A DNA stretch of 43,730 bases, taken from UHGV virus genome UHGV-1360180; one strand, 5' to 3'. Made by a program: the position numbers and the translations under genes. Within the stretch, counting starts at the first letter, position 1; every line of letters starts with the position of its first letter. Shown here in pieces: positions 8,263-17,746 of the stretch. Source of the stretch: a virus. The notes under the pieces were generated by a model. The model had not been told where the DNA came from and searched no databases. It worked only from the letters and a program-made list of their open reading frames with translations.

Positions 8263-10182
8263 TTACAACGACGGCGCGTAAGTTCCGTTAAAGTTAATCG
8301 AAATGCCGGAAGATTGCAGGTTGGCAGGAGTAATTAGTAAATCTCTAAGTGTAACAACCACCCAGGGATTTGCAGTGTTTGCTTTATCACAATAAACTCT
8401 TGTCAATGTGGTAGACGCGGCATATGCGGATACACTTGCTACAGTTAATGTTCCATCGTTGGAAGCATGGTATGTAGCAGACGGCATTGACGCAGTACGC
8501 CCATGCGTTATCGCAACGGCCCCCTGACTAATGACAGAAACAGAGATATTATTGCTAATCCACGATGGAACATTAGAGGTTGAAGGCGGTCGCCCATAAC
8601 GAATCTCACCTGTGCTTGTATTGACAAGGAAAGAAACGTCAGCATACACCGTGATTTTTAAATAGAATGCATTTCCAACTGTAAGCGGTTCCGCGTAAGC
8701 TCTTACACCTGTTATAGCCGTGGTGCGATCGACATCAGCGGAAGCATAAAACCAGTTTTCTGCATTGTCTGCAATTTCTACAGAAAAATAGTCACCGTCA
8801 GAAGATACAACTAGTTTATGCACGTTAGAGATTTTCCAGTTACTGGAAGTATCCTTAGATAAAAGAACCCATTTCGCGTTATCATTGCTGTATTTAATAG
8901 TGCCCGCGGCTAATTTTGACCGTGTCCATGGTGGGGCAAAATTTGAATATTGTGATAAATCGGTTGAGGTTTTATTGCTTGCTCCACCTTTAACTAATGA
9001 CCATAATCCTCTGGCACCTTCTCGCCCCATTGTATTGTAACCGCGTTGCGTATAGTGAACACCACCATCACCTTTTAAAAATGAAGGGCAACCGTCAAAT
9101 ACTGTCACGGCATTAGTCTTGCTATTACAAACCCACCTTTGCGCATTTTGAATAGCAGCCCACGACTCTTCCGTTCGGTTCCCCGGGCAACCAACGGTAA
9201 AATTACAAAATAAATCAAAATTAATATCGGTTTTCAGGTCATCTATCAAGGCTATAAAGCTGTCTCTATAACCATTGTATGTTGTCCCTGCTGTCATATC
9301 CGACTCGCCCTGGTGGTACATCACGTAAGTTTTACCGACAGGCAAACCAGCGGCAATCATTGCCTGTTTAGCTGACGCCACTGCATTTACCAACAGCGTG
9401 TAGTATGTGGTCCCTTTTGACAGTTGTGCAATGGTAGTTGCGCCACGGCCGCAGTGTACCTCCACTGAACCGCGCCCGCTAAGGCGATACCATTCATTCT
9501 CAAATTCCCCCCAGGCATGCCCAGATGATGTAACACCAGAAGAACTAACCACATTCTGTATAATTGGTTTTATTGCTCCATCACTAAAATCATACATTAG
9601 TGATTTCGGCAGAGCGGCAGGAAATCCTGACGTATCGCCAGATAAAATAGCCTCACCTGCACTATTCGACTGACCATAAGTTATAAAAACGTCATATACA
9701 TCAGGGGCCTCCACGTATTTTGTAGCCTCTATTCTGGACACAATATCCTTGGCCTCTAGCCCGGAAATTACGACTTGGCTATTTTCCGACGCCAACTCCT
9801 CCCGCAAATCAGGGTCAGTTTGAGGCTTCCAGTCCGCATTACCTACCGGATTAAACCCAGCGGGAACTGTAACCGGTAAAGTGCCAGCGTACGAGTACCA
9901 CGTCTTGCTTACAGGGTCATACACCACTTTGTCGCGGTCATTAGCGGTTAACGTACCGCCAGTAGAGAAATCCCAAGATACAGGAGAAAAGCCAGCATCG
10001 CGTAACACCGCCGGGAGCGTCTTCTGTGTCTGACCAGTAACCGGATTAGCCGCATAATCAATATCAGCGCCACCGGCTACTCCTCCGGATTTGCCCGTGA
10101 TAACCTCGGCTTCGAAAATCTGGTGTTTCTTGGCGGTTTGTAAATCCGCCAGGCTTAAAACGTCACCGCATCCGCTTGACAT
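8263..10182 (-). CDS. Tailspike/tail fiber with SGNH/sialate-O-acetylesterase-like domain
   Basis: 639 aa, last gene of tail block; GQSNSAGE esterase-type motif (VFITYGQSNS); N-terminal region typical of phage tailspike attachment domains. Confidence 0.55.
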   Translation of the reverse strand: MSSGCGDVLSLADLQTAKKHQIFEAEVITGKSGGVAGGADIDYAANPVTGQTQKTLPAVLRDAGFSPVSWDFSTGGTLTANDRDKVVYDPVSKTWYSYAGTLPVTVPAGFNPVGNADWKPQTDPDLREELASENSQVVISGLEAKDIVSRIEATKYVEAPDVYDVFITYGQSNSAGEAILSGDTSGFPAALPKSLMYDFSDGAIKPIIQNVVSSSGVTSSGHAWGEFENEWYRLSGRGSVEVHCGRGATTIAQLSKGTTYYTLLVNAVASAKQAMIAAGLPVGKTYVMYHQGESDMTAGTTYNGYRDSFIALIDDLKTDINFDLFCNFTVGCPGNRTEESWAAIQNAQRWVCNSKTNAVTVFDGCPSFLKGDGGVHYTQRGYNTMGREGARGLWSLVKGGASNKTSTDLSQYSNFAPPWTRSKLAAGTIKYSNDNAKWVLLSKDTSSNWKISNVHKLVVSSDGDYFSVEIADNAENWFYASADVDRTTAITGVRAYAEPLTVGNAFYLKITVYADVSFLVNTSTGEIRYGRPPSTSNVPSWISNNISVSVISQGAVAITHGRTASMPSATYHASNDGTLTVASVSAYAASTTLTRVYCDKANTANPWVVVTLRDLLITPANLQSSGISINFNGTYAPSL

Positions 10183-10194
10183 ATAGAGTCCTCT

Positions 10195-12822
10195 TTAACT
10201 AAAACCGTTGCTGAATCCGTCGGAGAAACCGCGACCGAAAGGCGCGACGCCGTCGTATTTATAGAAATCTGCTTCGTAGTTAATACCGGTTATTTTAACC
10301 GTTCTGTCATCCCCGGGGTCAACTGTAGAAACAAGAATCATCTGAGCATTATGCCTTGCTTCGTTGCCGAATGAAAACTCAGTTTTTAGTGCACTATTCC
10401 CCGTGTAAATTGCCTCCTGTGGGGCGGAGAGCATAATCACCTCGCGGTCGTGGCTCCCTTGAACAACGGCAACACTCTGAACACCACCGTCGCGCTTTTT
10501 GAGAATCAGTGAGTGGTCGTCACCAGGGGTAAATGTAACTGGCTGAGAAAGAGTAAGCGTAAGCCCATTAACGGCGATTACATAACCGTCTTGGGGCGCT
10601 ACGCGTGAACCTTTAACTACGCTTATGGCGCGCCCTGGCATTGCAAAAATCCCTTCTTCTGTCGCCGTGAATGATACTGTTACCTTCTTCAACAGGTTTT
10701 TCTGGTAGCGGCGGTATGCAGCCCAGTACGCCTGTTGATAATTACGGATACCTTTAGAGTCGTACGTTTCGGTATTAACGCCACCTTCTGCTGGGATGCT
10801 GATTGTCTCTTTGACGTTAGTATCCGGGTCGATGTATGAAAACTTGAGACTATCGTATACCTGGGCGTCGTTAAACGTGCGCGTCCACTTCTCCGTAGCG
10901 GTAGTTTTGCTGCGGTGGGTGAATACCATCTCGGGGCCAATCCGCGGGCGTTCAAAGTCCAGAAGAATATCCGCCCCTCTCCGGTATGGGGTGCAGAAAA
11001 TAGCATCAGCTATTGTGCTGATAATATCCTGCATGGTCATTTTATAATCGTCAAAAGTGTAGCAGAATTGGCCTGCCTCTGCGCTACCGAAATAGTTTTC
11101 TATCTCGGTCTGAGTCGCTAACAACTTGTCCATATTGGATGTTGTTAGGTTGAGATTACCTACTACCGGGTCGCGGGCAAGACGGATTAAGGACTGAATC
11201 GCCTGAGTATTCGGCGTCATAACCGTGTCGAATGTGCCGTTGCCGAGGTATTTGTACACCATCTCTGTGGCAATCATACGTAGTTGCGGCTGCTTAATCT
11301 CCGCGGCCCGCGGCGTCTGCTTACGTGCAGAGTGCACGGTAGTACGATTGCCGTAATGCGGCGTAGTGTCGCGGACCTGACCGTAAAGGTTGATATAGGA
11401 AACCTCGTCTACTACGGTCCCCTCGAAACTGAGGTCAAGGCTAGTAACGCGGCGGGCGCGCACTCTAACTTTAGACCTCACTGGCAAGTCGGCGTAAATA
11501 GTAACACCCGTGTAATCCGCAGAACGACCTGATATAGCGGCCTGTTTTGCGTAAACTTCTCCGTACGGCACGCCTGTTTCATCGAGGAGTTGGTATTGTA
11601 GCTCCACAGTTACAGATGTACGCAATTTACTGCCGTTGTCTTTATACATACCGTTCGCTGCCGCTATGTTGGCTACTACACGTTCAACTTCCAGGCGGTT
11701 TAAGGTAGTCCAGTCCGTTAACGACTTATCGTAGGTGTTAGATGGCGAAATCCATGCTTCGGTCCCTTGCGTTAAAGGAGTGAATCCCGATGGCAATTTT
11801 TGCCATTCTGACAACATCCCTCCAACGGCAACCCTTACCTCAAAGTCGTCTACGTAGGTGACGGTATAGCTACCACTGACGTTAGCTACGTCTTTTACCA
11901 GAATAAGGTTAAAAACAGCTATGTCACCCACTGATAAAATCTCAGAGAAAGCAGAGTCGCCAGTGTTATCCCGGACTACGCCAGTTGTTCCTTGCAATGA
12001 AATCTCACCGGTATCGCTGGGGTTAACCCTGATGTCGTTCTGAGCTTTCAAAACAGCGCCATCTACCTCGTTTGAAGCAATAGTTATGTATAGATGCTGA
12101 CCGATAGGCTCCCCCACCATAAGCTGAGGCGTATTTGTGTTATTAGGCGATGTAAATGGCGCGTACACTGCGACAGAAGTTCCTGTAATCTCCTGTACTT
12201 TAGTATCGCCGTCAGTGATGTCTTCGGCCTTAATATCAAGATACCCGCGACCTGCGTCATAGTAGCCGTATTCGACTACCACACCTGCGTCGTTGAAGAC
12301 CTTATACGTAGTCATGAGGTCATTAGGGATAGTCTGGACCCTGCCGCAAATATCATACGACCGTTCATACGGACGCGGTTTATTGTTTCGGTCCGTCAGG
12401 CTGTTGTTGGGGGACTCAGCCTGCTGGTTCGCTAAACTCGTTTTAGGCGTTTTCTGCGACGGAGAAATCAACTTGGTAACAAATTTAAGCACACCCAAAG
12501 GGTCCAGGAGTTTACCCAGAAAACCACCACCGCCGCCAGCACCCTCGATGATATGGAAAACGTCATCTTCTTTCAGCGCTTCGAAGTTTTCCGTTACTTC
12601 CGTATCCTCGCCAATCTCGCCACGGTAAATACGCACAGGTACCCCGTCTGGGATGTTAGCAACGACGTATTCCATCGGGGGTACGTTATACCGTTTGCGG
12701 TCAAAAGTACCGTCTTCGTTACGGGTGTAATGTAATATCAGCGCCAAAATTCTATCTCCGCATAAGTTTCGCGCAAGTCTTCCAGTCGGTCTAACCGTAC
12801 CTGACGACTCGCTAGCTCGCAA
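10195..12822 (-). CDS. Tail tip / central tail fiber protein (J-like host specificity protein)
   Basis: 875 aa, position after tail assembly genes; poly-Gly stretch, C-terminal GFSDGFSNGFS. Confidence 0.5.
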   Translation of the reverse strand: MRASESSGTVRPTGRLARNLCGDRILALILHYTRNEDGTFDRKRYNVPPMEYVVANIPDGVPVRIYRGEIGEDTEVTENFEALKEDDVFHIIEGAGGGGGFLGKLLDPLGVLKFVTKLISPSQKTPKTSLANQQAESPNNSLTDRNNKPRPYERSYDICGRVQTIPNDLMTTYKVFNDAGVVVEYGYYDAGRGYLDIKAEDITDGDTKVQEITGTSVAVYAPFTSPNNTNTPQLMVGEPIGQHLYITIASNEVDGAVLKAQNDIRVNPSDTGEISLQGTTGVVRDNTGDSAFSEILSVGDIAVFNLILVKDVANVSGSYTVTYVDDFEVRVAVGGMLSEWQKLPSGFTPLTQGTEAWISPSNTYDKSLTDWTTLNRLEVERVVANIAAANGMYKDNGSKLRTSVTVELQYQLLDETGVPYGEVYAKQAAISGRSADYTGVTIYADLPVRSKVRVRARRVTSLDLSFEGTVVDEVSYINLYGQVRDTTPHYGNRTTVHSARKQTPRAAEIKQPQLRMIATEMVYKYLGNGTFDTVMTPNTQAIQSLIRLARDPVVGNLNLTTSNMDKLLATQTEIENYFGSAEAGQFCYTFDDYKMTMQDIISTIADAIFCTPYRRGADILLDFERPRIGPEMVFTHRSKTTATEKWTRTFNDAQVYDSLKFSYIDPDTNVKETISIPAEGGVNTETYDSKGIRNYQQAYWAAYRRYQKNLLKKVTVSFTATEEGIFAMPGRAISVVKGSRVAPQDGYVIAVNGLTLTLSQPVTFTPGDDHSLILKKRDGGVQSVAVVQGSHDREVIMLSAPQEAIYTGNSALKTEFSFGNEARHNAQMILVSTVDPGDDRTVKITGINYEADFYKYDGVAPFGRGFSDGFSNGFS

Positions 12823-13103
12823 TGGCTCACCATACCGTCATAGTATACTCCAGCGTGCCAGATTACACGGTTTCTGTGCCGGGTTGACATAAGAACGGCG
12901 TCGAAGTTTTGCGGGGTTTCTACACGTACAAGACCTTTAGTGTCTTTATGTCCTTCTTCAAATGCATCATTAATCTGTGTTGGCGATGCGACGTTAAACT
13001 CGGGCGTGGTCAGGCCTGCATCTGAGCGGACATTGCGCACATGGTGCCAGCAATTACGGCGGCGAAAATCGTACGGCAACCCTGTATAAGAATTAATGTT
13101 CAT
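12738..13103 (-). CDS. Tail assembly protein (K-like, putative NlpC/P60-type peptidase)
   Basis: 121 aa; Cys-His pair context NCWHHV; gene order after tape measure and minor tail genes. Confidence 0.35.
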   Translation of the reverse strand: MNINSYTGLPYDFRRRNCWHHVRNVRSDAGLTTPEFNVASPTQINDAFEEGHKDTKGLVRVETPQNFDAVLMSTRHRNRVIWHAGVYYDGMVSHCELASRQVRLDRLEDLRETYAEIEFWR

Positions 13104-13630
13104 GTAGACAAAACACCGCGTAACAATGGGATTACTGAAGGGGTCATTAGTTCGCCGGTGGCCCTTTGGTTCAACATAGGAACTCCGACGTCTGCGGTGA
13201 ATACTCCCTTCTCCTGGTTTATCGACTGCAATTCGTAAACAACAGGGCCATCGGCTGGATAGGTTAAGTCCGTGCTAACGAAACGGCGGAATATGAATTT
13301 CGGCAACACAGTATTATCGGGTGGTATGCGGTCCATCTCATCGTCTAACTGGTTACTGATGTCGGGTAGCGCAAACGACGCTCGCTGGTCCATATCGTTA
13401 TTGTTGGCGGCCCCTTTAGCCTCCATAGGGGTGGCTTCAAACGTAACGACTTCGCCAGTCTCTAACGTTGCCGTCAGGTCGGAAGTTCCGCGCACAAGCA
13501 GATACCGCTTCGAAAGAAGCGGGTGAACTATCTCTAACGTAGTGTAATCAATTTCGCCGTCGGGGTTAGAGGCTAGCTTACGGCGATAGGCGGCTTCTAC
13601 TGAATCCTGACTCATTGCATCGGGTCCCAA
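13100..13630 (-). CDS. Minor tail protein
   Basis: 176 aa; synteny downstream of tape measure protein. Confidence 0.4.
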   Translation of the reverse strand: MGPDAMSQDSVEAAYRRKLASNPDGEIDYTTLEIVHPLLSKRYLLVRGTSDLTATLETGEVVTFEATPMEAKGAANNNDMDQRASFALPDISNQLDDEMDRIPPDNTVLPKFIFRRFVSTDLTYPADGPVVYELQSINQEKGVFTADVGVPMLNQRATGELMTPSVIPLLRGVLST

Positions 13631-14106
13631 ATTCGTGGAAACGTTGACTGCGCGGTTCCGTATGCCTTAAGAAACCCGCCTAAACAATCGCCATAGCAAC
13701 CGAACAAATCGGGCAGATTCTTAGTAAGGCAAGTGTCTTCCTGAATTGCTGTACGCTCTGCGGTAGCGGTAAACGTGATAATCCAGTTCTTGCCGTCGTC
13801 TGTGCTATCGCTAATGTCAGACGTAATAAGAACCTGGTGGTCTTCGATACCTAAACCGGTATCGTGAGGCATGATGAAAGACGATGCGCCGCCGTCTATG
13901 TTATTAAGAAAACTATAGAAAGCCTGGCGACCGAGCGATGATACTACGAGCGTCACGCTAATCGGCACCGGTTCAAAGTATGTGTCACGCCCCTGACGCG
14001 GCACGCCGCCTTGGACTTCTGTACGCCAGATATTACTCCCTCGCGTTTGGGAGTACCCCTTCGACACTATTGGTCGAAGGGACATAGGGAATCTCAAATC
14101 ACTCAT
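13612..14106 (-). CDS. Minor tail / distal tail protein
   Basis: 164 aa; immediately downstream of tape measure gene. Confidence 0.4.
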   Translation of the reverse strand: MSDLRFPMSLRPIVSKGYSQTRGSNIWRTEVQGGVPRQGRDTYFEPVPISVTLVVSSLGRQAFYSFLNNIDGGASSFIMPHDTGLGIEDHQVLITSDISDSTDDGKNWIITFTATAERTAIQEDTCLTKNLPDLFGCYGDCLGGFLKAYGTAQSTFPRIWDPMQ

Positions 14107-14109
14107 TGG

Positions 14110-16419
14110 TTAATACCCCGGCTGGTTTCGTGTAGCCCGGCGGGACTTGGAGATTGCACTGTTGCTGTCTTGTAACGCCGCCGATACTGTTTCACTGATG
14201 ATAACACGTAACCGCCCTTCGTCATCACGCTCGGTAACGGCGGAGTCAACGCGTCCCGTGGTGTTGTTGACAATTGTCACGCTGTCACCGCCTGACTTGT
14301 TGCCGTTCTCTCCCATAATCTGGCGCATCTGTTCCGCGGTACGGACACGCGACGCACCGGCGGGCATAATAACTTCCGGTTTGTTACGTTCCGCGATAGT
14401 AGATAACTGCCCTGCGGCAAGGTTACCACCCTGCTCACGTGCGGAGCGAATCTTACCAATGTTTGCAAGCCCTGCTGCTACGGCTGCTGCTGCGGCAACC
14501 GGGCCAAGCACCCACCCAACAATAGGGATAGCCGATGCAGATTTATACGCTTCGATAGCAGAGGTGTATGTAGCGATTGTGGCCTGGGCGATGGCAAACG
14601 CTTTGTACGCGGTAGACGCTTCGCCAAGCGACGACTTGATATTATCTGCCATCATGCCGAAAGCGTTACCCGTAGCGTTAGCACGTTTCAAAGCGTACTG
14701 GTCGTTTATGGCATTAACAGCGGCCTGGTACTGTTCCTCGTTAATAAGATTCTGTTCGCGGTATCGGTCAGCGACATCAAGTTTTTGTTGTTCCTGAATC
14801 TCCAGAAGCTCAAGCTCAGCGGCATTCTGACCCATAATCTGAGCCATGAAGTCTTCACCTTTCTGGTTCTTCTCCCGCCGTTCTTTCTCTCGCTTGGCGA
14901 GTTCTTCCTGTCGTGCGGTGTCGGCTTCCAGCATAATCTGAGTTTTGGCGTTTTCGTACTGCTGCTGGCTTATCGTGCCAGCGCGGTTAAACTCCTCCAG
15001 TTTCGCCAGTTTCTGTTCTTCTGCCGCCGTGATACGTGAAATTTCGTCTCCAGTTGTGCGGTCGACAGTAGCGAGGAAATCTTCCGCCGCTTTTTTCTGA
15101 CGTTGTGCCGCCGTTTCTTCACGTTTGGCCTGCGCCGCCAGACGTTTCTCGTTCGATTTAGCCTCGCGGTCTGCCTTCTCTTTCTCGGTCTTGTCAATGC
15201 GAGCTATGTCTTGCTGCGCTTCCGCGTCACGGGCGGCGTTATACGCGGCTATCTGTTCTTTGGTGACAGCTTCACGTTTAGCGAACGCCTGTTTATCCAG
15301 TTCAGCCTGCGCCCGGATGCGCTCACGGTCGCTTAAGATGGCGATTTGCTGATTCTTGACGATAGCTTCGTTCTGTTCCTGGAACCTCTGCGTGGTTGAG
15401 TTGACGTTACGGCCGAGATTCTTTTGGGCCTCCGCCGCCGCGTTTGCGGACTTCTCCGCGTTCTCCAGTGCCGTGGCGTTCTTGTTGGCATTGTCGGTTA
15501 GGCGGATAAGTTCCGGGTTCAACTGTTTTGTATTACCGAGCCAGTCGGTAAACACATCGGCGATGCGACGGGCATTCTCGGCGGTTGGCTCTTTGTTAAA
15601 CGCACTCTGCGCCGCTATCATCTCCAGCGCCTGGTCACGGTTAACCCCAAACTTACTGCTAAGCTCTGCGATATTCTGTGCCAGCATGTTGACGCCGACG
15701 ATATTACCCTCGTAAGTGCCGCCTAGTTTTTCTAACGTGCCGCCTACATCCGCGCCCTTAGAGACCAGCGCGTCATACTGGCTAATAGCCGATGCCGTGG
15801 ATGCTTTCCATGTCTCCCATGATTCTGCATCCTCACGAACGGCTTTAGCTGTTTGCTGCGCGATAAGGTCAGCGTTAGCCTTAGCCAAAGCAAGCTGAGT
15901 CTCCGCCGCTTCTCTGCTGATTTGGGTTAGCTGAATAAGGCCGTCTGTTAGTTCGAGAGAGCCGGATGCTGTTTGCTGGAAAGTATCTTTTAACTGTTTC
16001 TGTGCCGCTTCGAGGTCTTTTGAACTGCCTTCTGCCTCGGTTAGTGATTTGTACAGGACACCGCCGATTGCTGACGCAAGAGCGATTACTGCCCCCAGTA
16101 CGGCGCCACCAGGGCCGAAAGCACCCGCAAGCTGCGAACCTTGTTGCTCGATTGCTACGAATGCGGACGTGCCGGACTGCAACTGGACGACCATGTCCTG
16201 CACCTGGAAGCCAACCTGCCCGGCGGCGTTACGGAACTTAGCGAAACCGTCAGAGGCCGCTTTAGAGGTGGCTGTGTTAACTTTATCAACATCCGGGGTC
16301 AGCTTGTTTACTGCGGTATCCGCACGGTCTGCGGACGACGCCATAGCGTCAAGCTGTTTGGTGGCTACGTCGGCGCCTTCTGTTTTTACTCTGGCAATTA
16401 GGGAAGCCGTATCAGCCAT
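14110..16419 (-). CDS. Tail tape measure protein
   Basis: ORF track 14110..16434; likely ATG at 16419 after GAGGG. About 770 aa, Ala/Gln/Glu-rich coiled-coil sequence with hydrophobic glycine-rich segments; follows chaperone pair. Confidence 0.75.
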   Translation of the reverse strand: MADTASLIARVKTEGADVATKQLDAMASSADRADTAVNKLTPDVDKVNTATSKAASDGFAKFRNAAGQVGFQVQDMVVQLQSGTSAFVAIEQQGSQLAGAFGPGGAVLGAVIALASAIGGVLYKSLTEAEGSSKDLEAAQKQLKDTFQQTASGSLELTDGLIQLTQISREAAETQLALAKANADLIAQQTAKAVREDAESWETWKASTASAISQYDALVSKGADVGGTLEKLGGTYEGNIVGVNMLAQNIAELSSKFGVNRDQALEMIAAQSAFNKEPTAENARRIADVFTDWLGNTKQLNPELIRLTDNANKNATALENAEKSANAAAEAQKNLGRNVNSTTQRFQEQNEAIVKNQQIAILSDRERIRAQAELDKQAFAKREAVTKEQIAAYNAARDAEAQQDIARIDKTEKEKADREAKSNEKRLAAQAKREETAAQRQKKAAEDFLATVDRTTGDEISRITAAEEQKLAKLEEFNRAGTISQQQYENAKTQIMLEADTARQEELAKREKERREKNQKGEDFMAQIMGQNAAELELLEIQEQQKLDVADRYREQNLINEEQYQAAVNAINDQYALKRANATGNAFGMMADNIKSSLGEASTAYKAFAIAQATIATYTSAIEAYKSASAIPIVGWVLGPVAAAAAVAAGLANIGKIRSAREQGGNLAAGQLSTIAERNKPEVIMPAGASRVRTAEQMRQIMGENGNKSGGDSVTIVNNTTGRVDSAVTERDDEGRLRVIISETVSAALQDSNSAISKSRRATRNQPGY

Positions 16420-16684
16420 CTTCTCTGCCCTCAAATATTCCGTCTAAGCCCATGATAACCTCGGCTTCGAACAAACTTATGCCGTAACCGGCGACATCAC
16501 GAAACGCTACCAAATCTTGCCATTTGAGCGCATCGCGCGGGATTATAACGATAGTATCATCTGTTTCGCGCTGTAGGAATTTAATGGCACGGTATTTCTC
16601 GAACACGTCGATAAGAGAAACGGGGCATTCTGGCCCCGTCGTTTCTTTCATCTGCGGTTCTTTAATCACGCCCATTGCAATCAA
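16412..16684 (-). CDS. Tail assembly chaperone, frameshift extension (GT-like T part)
   Basis: Frame is open upstream, without ATG, across the stop of ORF 16774..17190 (−1 relative frame). Confidence 0.4.
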   Translation of the reverse strand: MIAMGVIKEPQMKETTGPECPVSLIDVFEKYRAIKFLQRETDDTIVIIPRDALKWQDLVAFRDVAGYGISLFEAEVIMGLDGIFEGREDG

Positions 16685-16773
16685 AGCCGCCTGGTGGCCC
16701 GCCGCGATGTCGTCAAATTGCTTACGCTTGTGACGGTCAACAAAACACCATTGCGCAAATTCATACAGCGCTT

Positions 16774-17190
16774 TTACTTTTCCGATAGTTTCTCGCGGCT
16801 ATCTGTGTGGTGCTTAACTACGGCTTCAGCCAGTCCGCTGTACTGGTCGAACAGGTTAGCCAGCGCCTCTTTGCTGAACGGTTCGTCGAATGACCAACCG
16901 GTGACGATTTCCACGGCAAGCTGCTTGTTAAGGTCCATCACCCGCCAGCCCTTCTCATCATTATAGCGCGCCCAGTTATTCAGCGCCTCGCACTCTTTAT
17001 CTAATGGCGCGAGTTCTTCCGTAAGGCGTCGAATTGCCGTTGTGTAGGCGCGGCCTGCTCGAACGCCAGCATCGCAGTCTGGGCCAATGACCTGCAGCCA
17101 TTCACCGGAGTCTTTACCACTCGGCAGAAGGATAGGCATTTTAGTGCCAGCAGCATGACGGTCAGCAAAATAAAAATCAGAAAGTTTCAT
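16774..17190 (-). CDS. Tail assembly chaperone (G-like)
   Basis: 138 aa directly upstream of tape measure gene; acidic. Confidence 0.5.
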   Translation of the reverse strand: MKLSDFYFADRHAAGTKMPILLPSGKDSGEWLQVIGPDCDAGVRAGRAYTTAIRRLTEELAPLDKECEALNNWARYNDEKGWRVMDLNKQLAVEIVTGWSFDEPFSKEALANLFDQYSGLAEAVVKHHTDSREKLSEK

Positions 17191-17297
17191 TCTTTAATCC
17201 TTTGGTTAAGAGGTTACAGGTTAAGGTTGACGCGCCAGACGGGAACCACCCGCTTTTCGTGTGCGACACTAGGCGCAAACTTATTCTAGCACACTAC

Positions 17298-17330
17298 TTG
17301 CACACCCCAATATAATAGGGTACTATTCAC
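17298..17330 (+). promoter_or_regulatory. Conserved 33-bp promoter TTGCAC-N17-TACTAT with embedded AATAGGGTACTATT palindrome
   Basis: TTGCACACCCCAATATAATAGGGTACTATTCAC; near-identical copies at 26525, 29515 and, on the minus strand, 39602; 25 nt upstream of island gene at 17355. Confidence 0.5.
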
Positions 17331-17354
17331 CTGTAACTTACTGAGGAAATAATT

Positions 17355-17681
17355 ATGCGTAAATTAGTATTAGCTCTGGGGTTTATGTCTTTTGCTGCTT
17401 TTGGGTCTCCGTGCGAACAGGTATTTAGTGAATCTGTTCTTATTACTTCTGGCGTACTTGAGAAAGCCGACCCTACTATTGTAAAGGCGTTTAAGGACTC
17501 TACAGTTCGTGAATGTGAGGCCGCCGTAGAGGTCGGTAAATCGGGCCTACCCCCGCAAGCCGTAACGTACACGGTGATACGTTCGGTAGAGAAAAACGGA
17601 GACGCGTTTTACAGCCTACTGACGGCCACCCGCCTGCAAATGGTAATGACTGGGTGGGCGATAGGCGTGGAAAGTAAATAG
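17355..17681 (+). CDS. Small secreted/periplasmic protein
   Basis: 108 aa; N-terminal signal-peptide-like MRKLVLALGFMSFAAFG; RBS GAGGA; opposite strand to flanking tail genes. Confidence 0.5.
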   Translation: MRKLVLALGFMSFAAFGSPCEQVFSESVLITSGVLEKADPTIVKAFKDSTVRECEAAVEVGKSGLPPQAVTYTVIRSVEKNGDAFYSLLTATRLQMVMTGWAIGVESK

Positions 17682-17746
17682 TCGCCTTTATTTAAAGGAA
17701 TGCACTGTGGTTAAATAGGACAAATCCTAAACACGAGGACGTAAGA

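Noticed and set aside
10195-10260. GFSDGFSNGFS tandem peptide repeat at the C-terminus of the tail tip protein as a separate feature
   Set aside because: Short, three-unit repeat within a coding sequence; likely a flexible linker or trimerisation tail rather than an independent element.
14147-16447. Several plus-strand ORFs (60-216 aa) inside the tape measure gene
   Set aside because: Antisense or alternative-frame shadows of the long, compositionally biased tape measure gene; translations are Ala/Ser/Arg-rich with no motifs.
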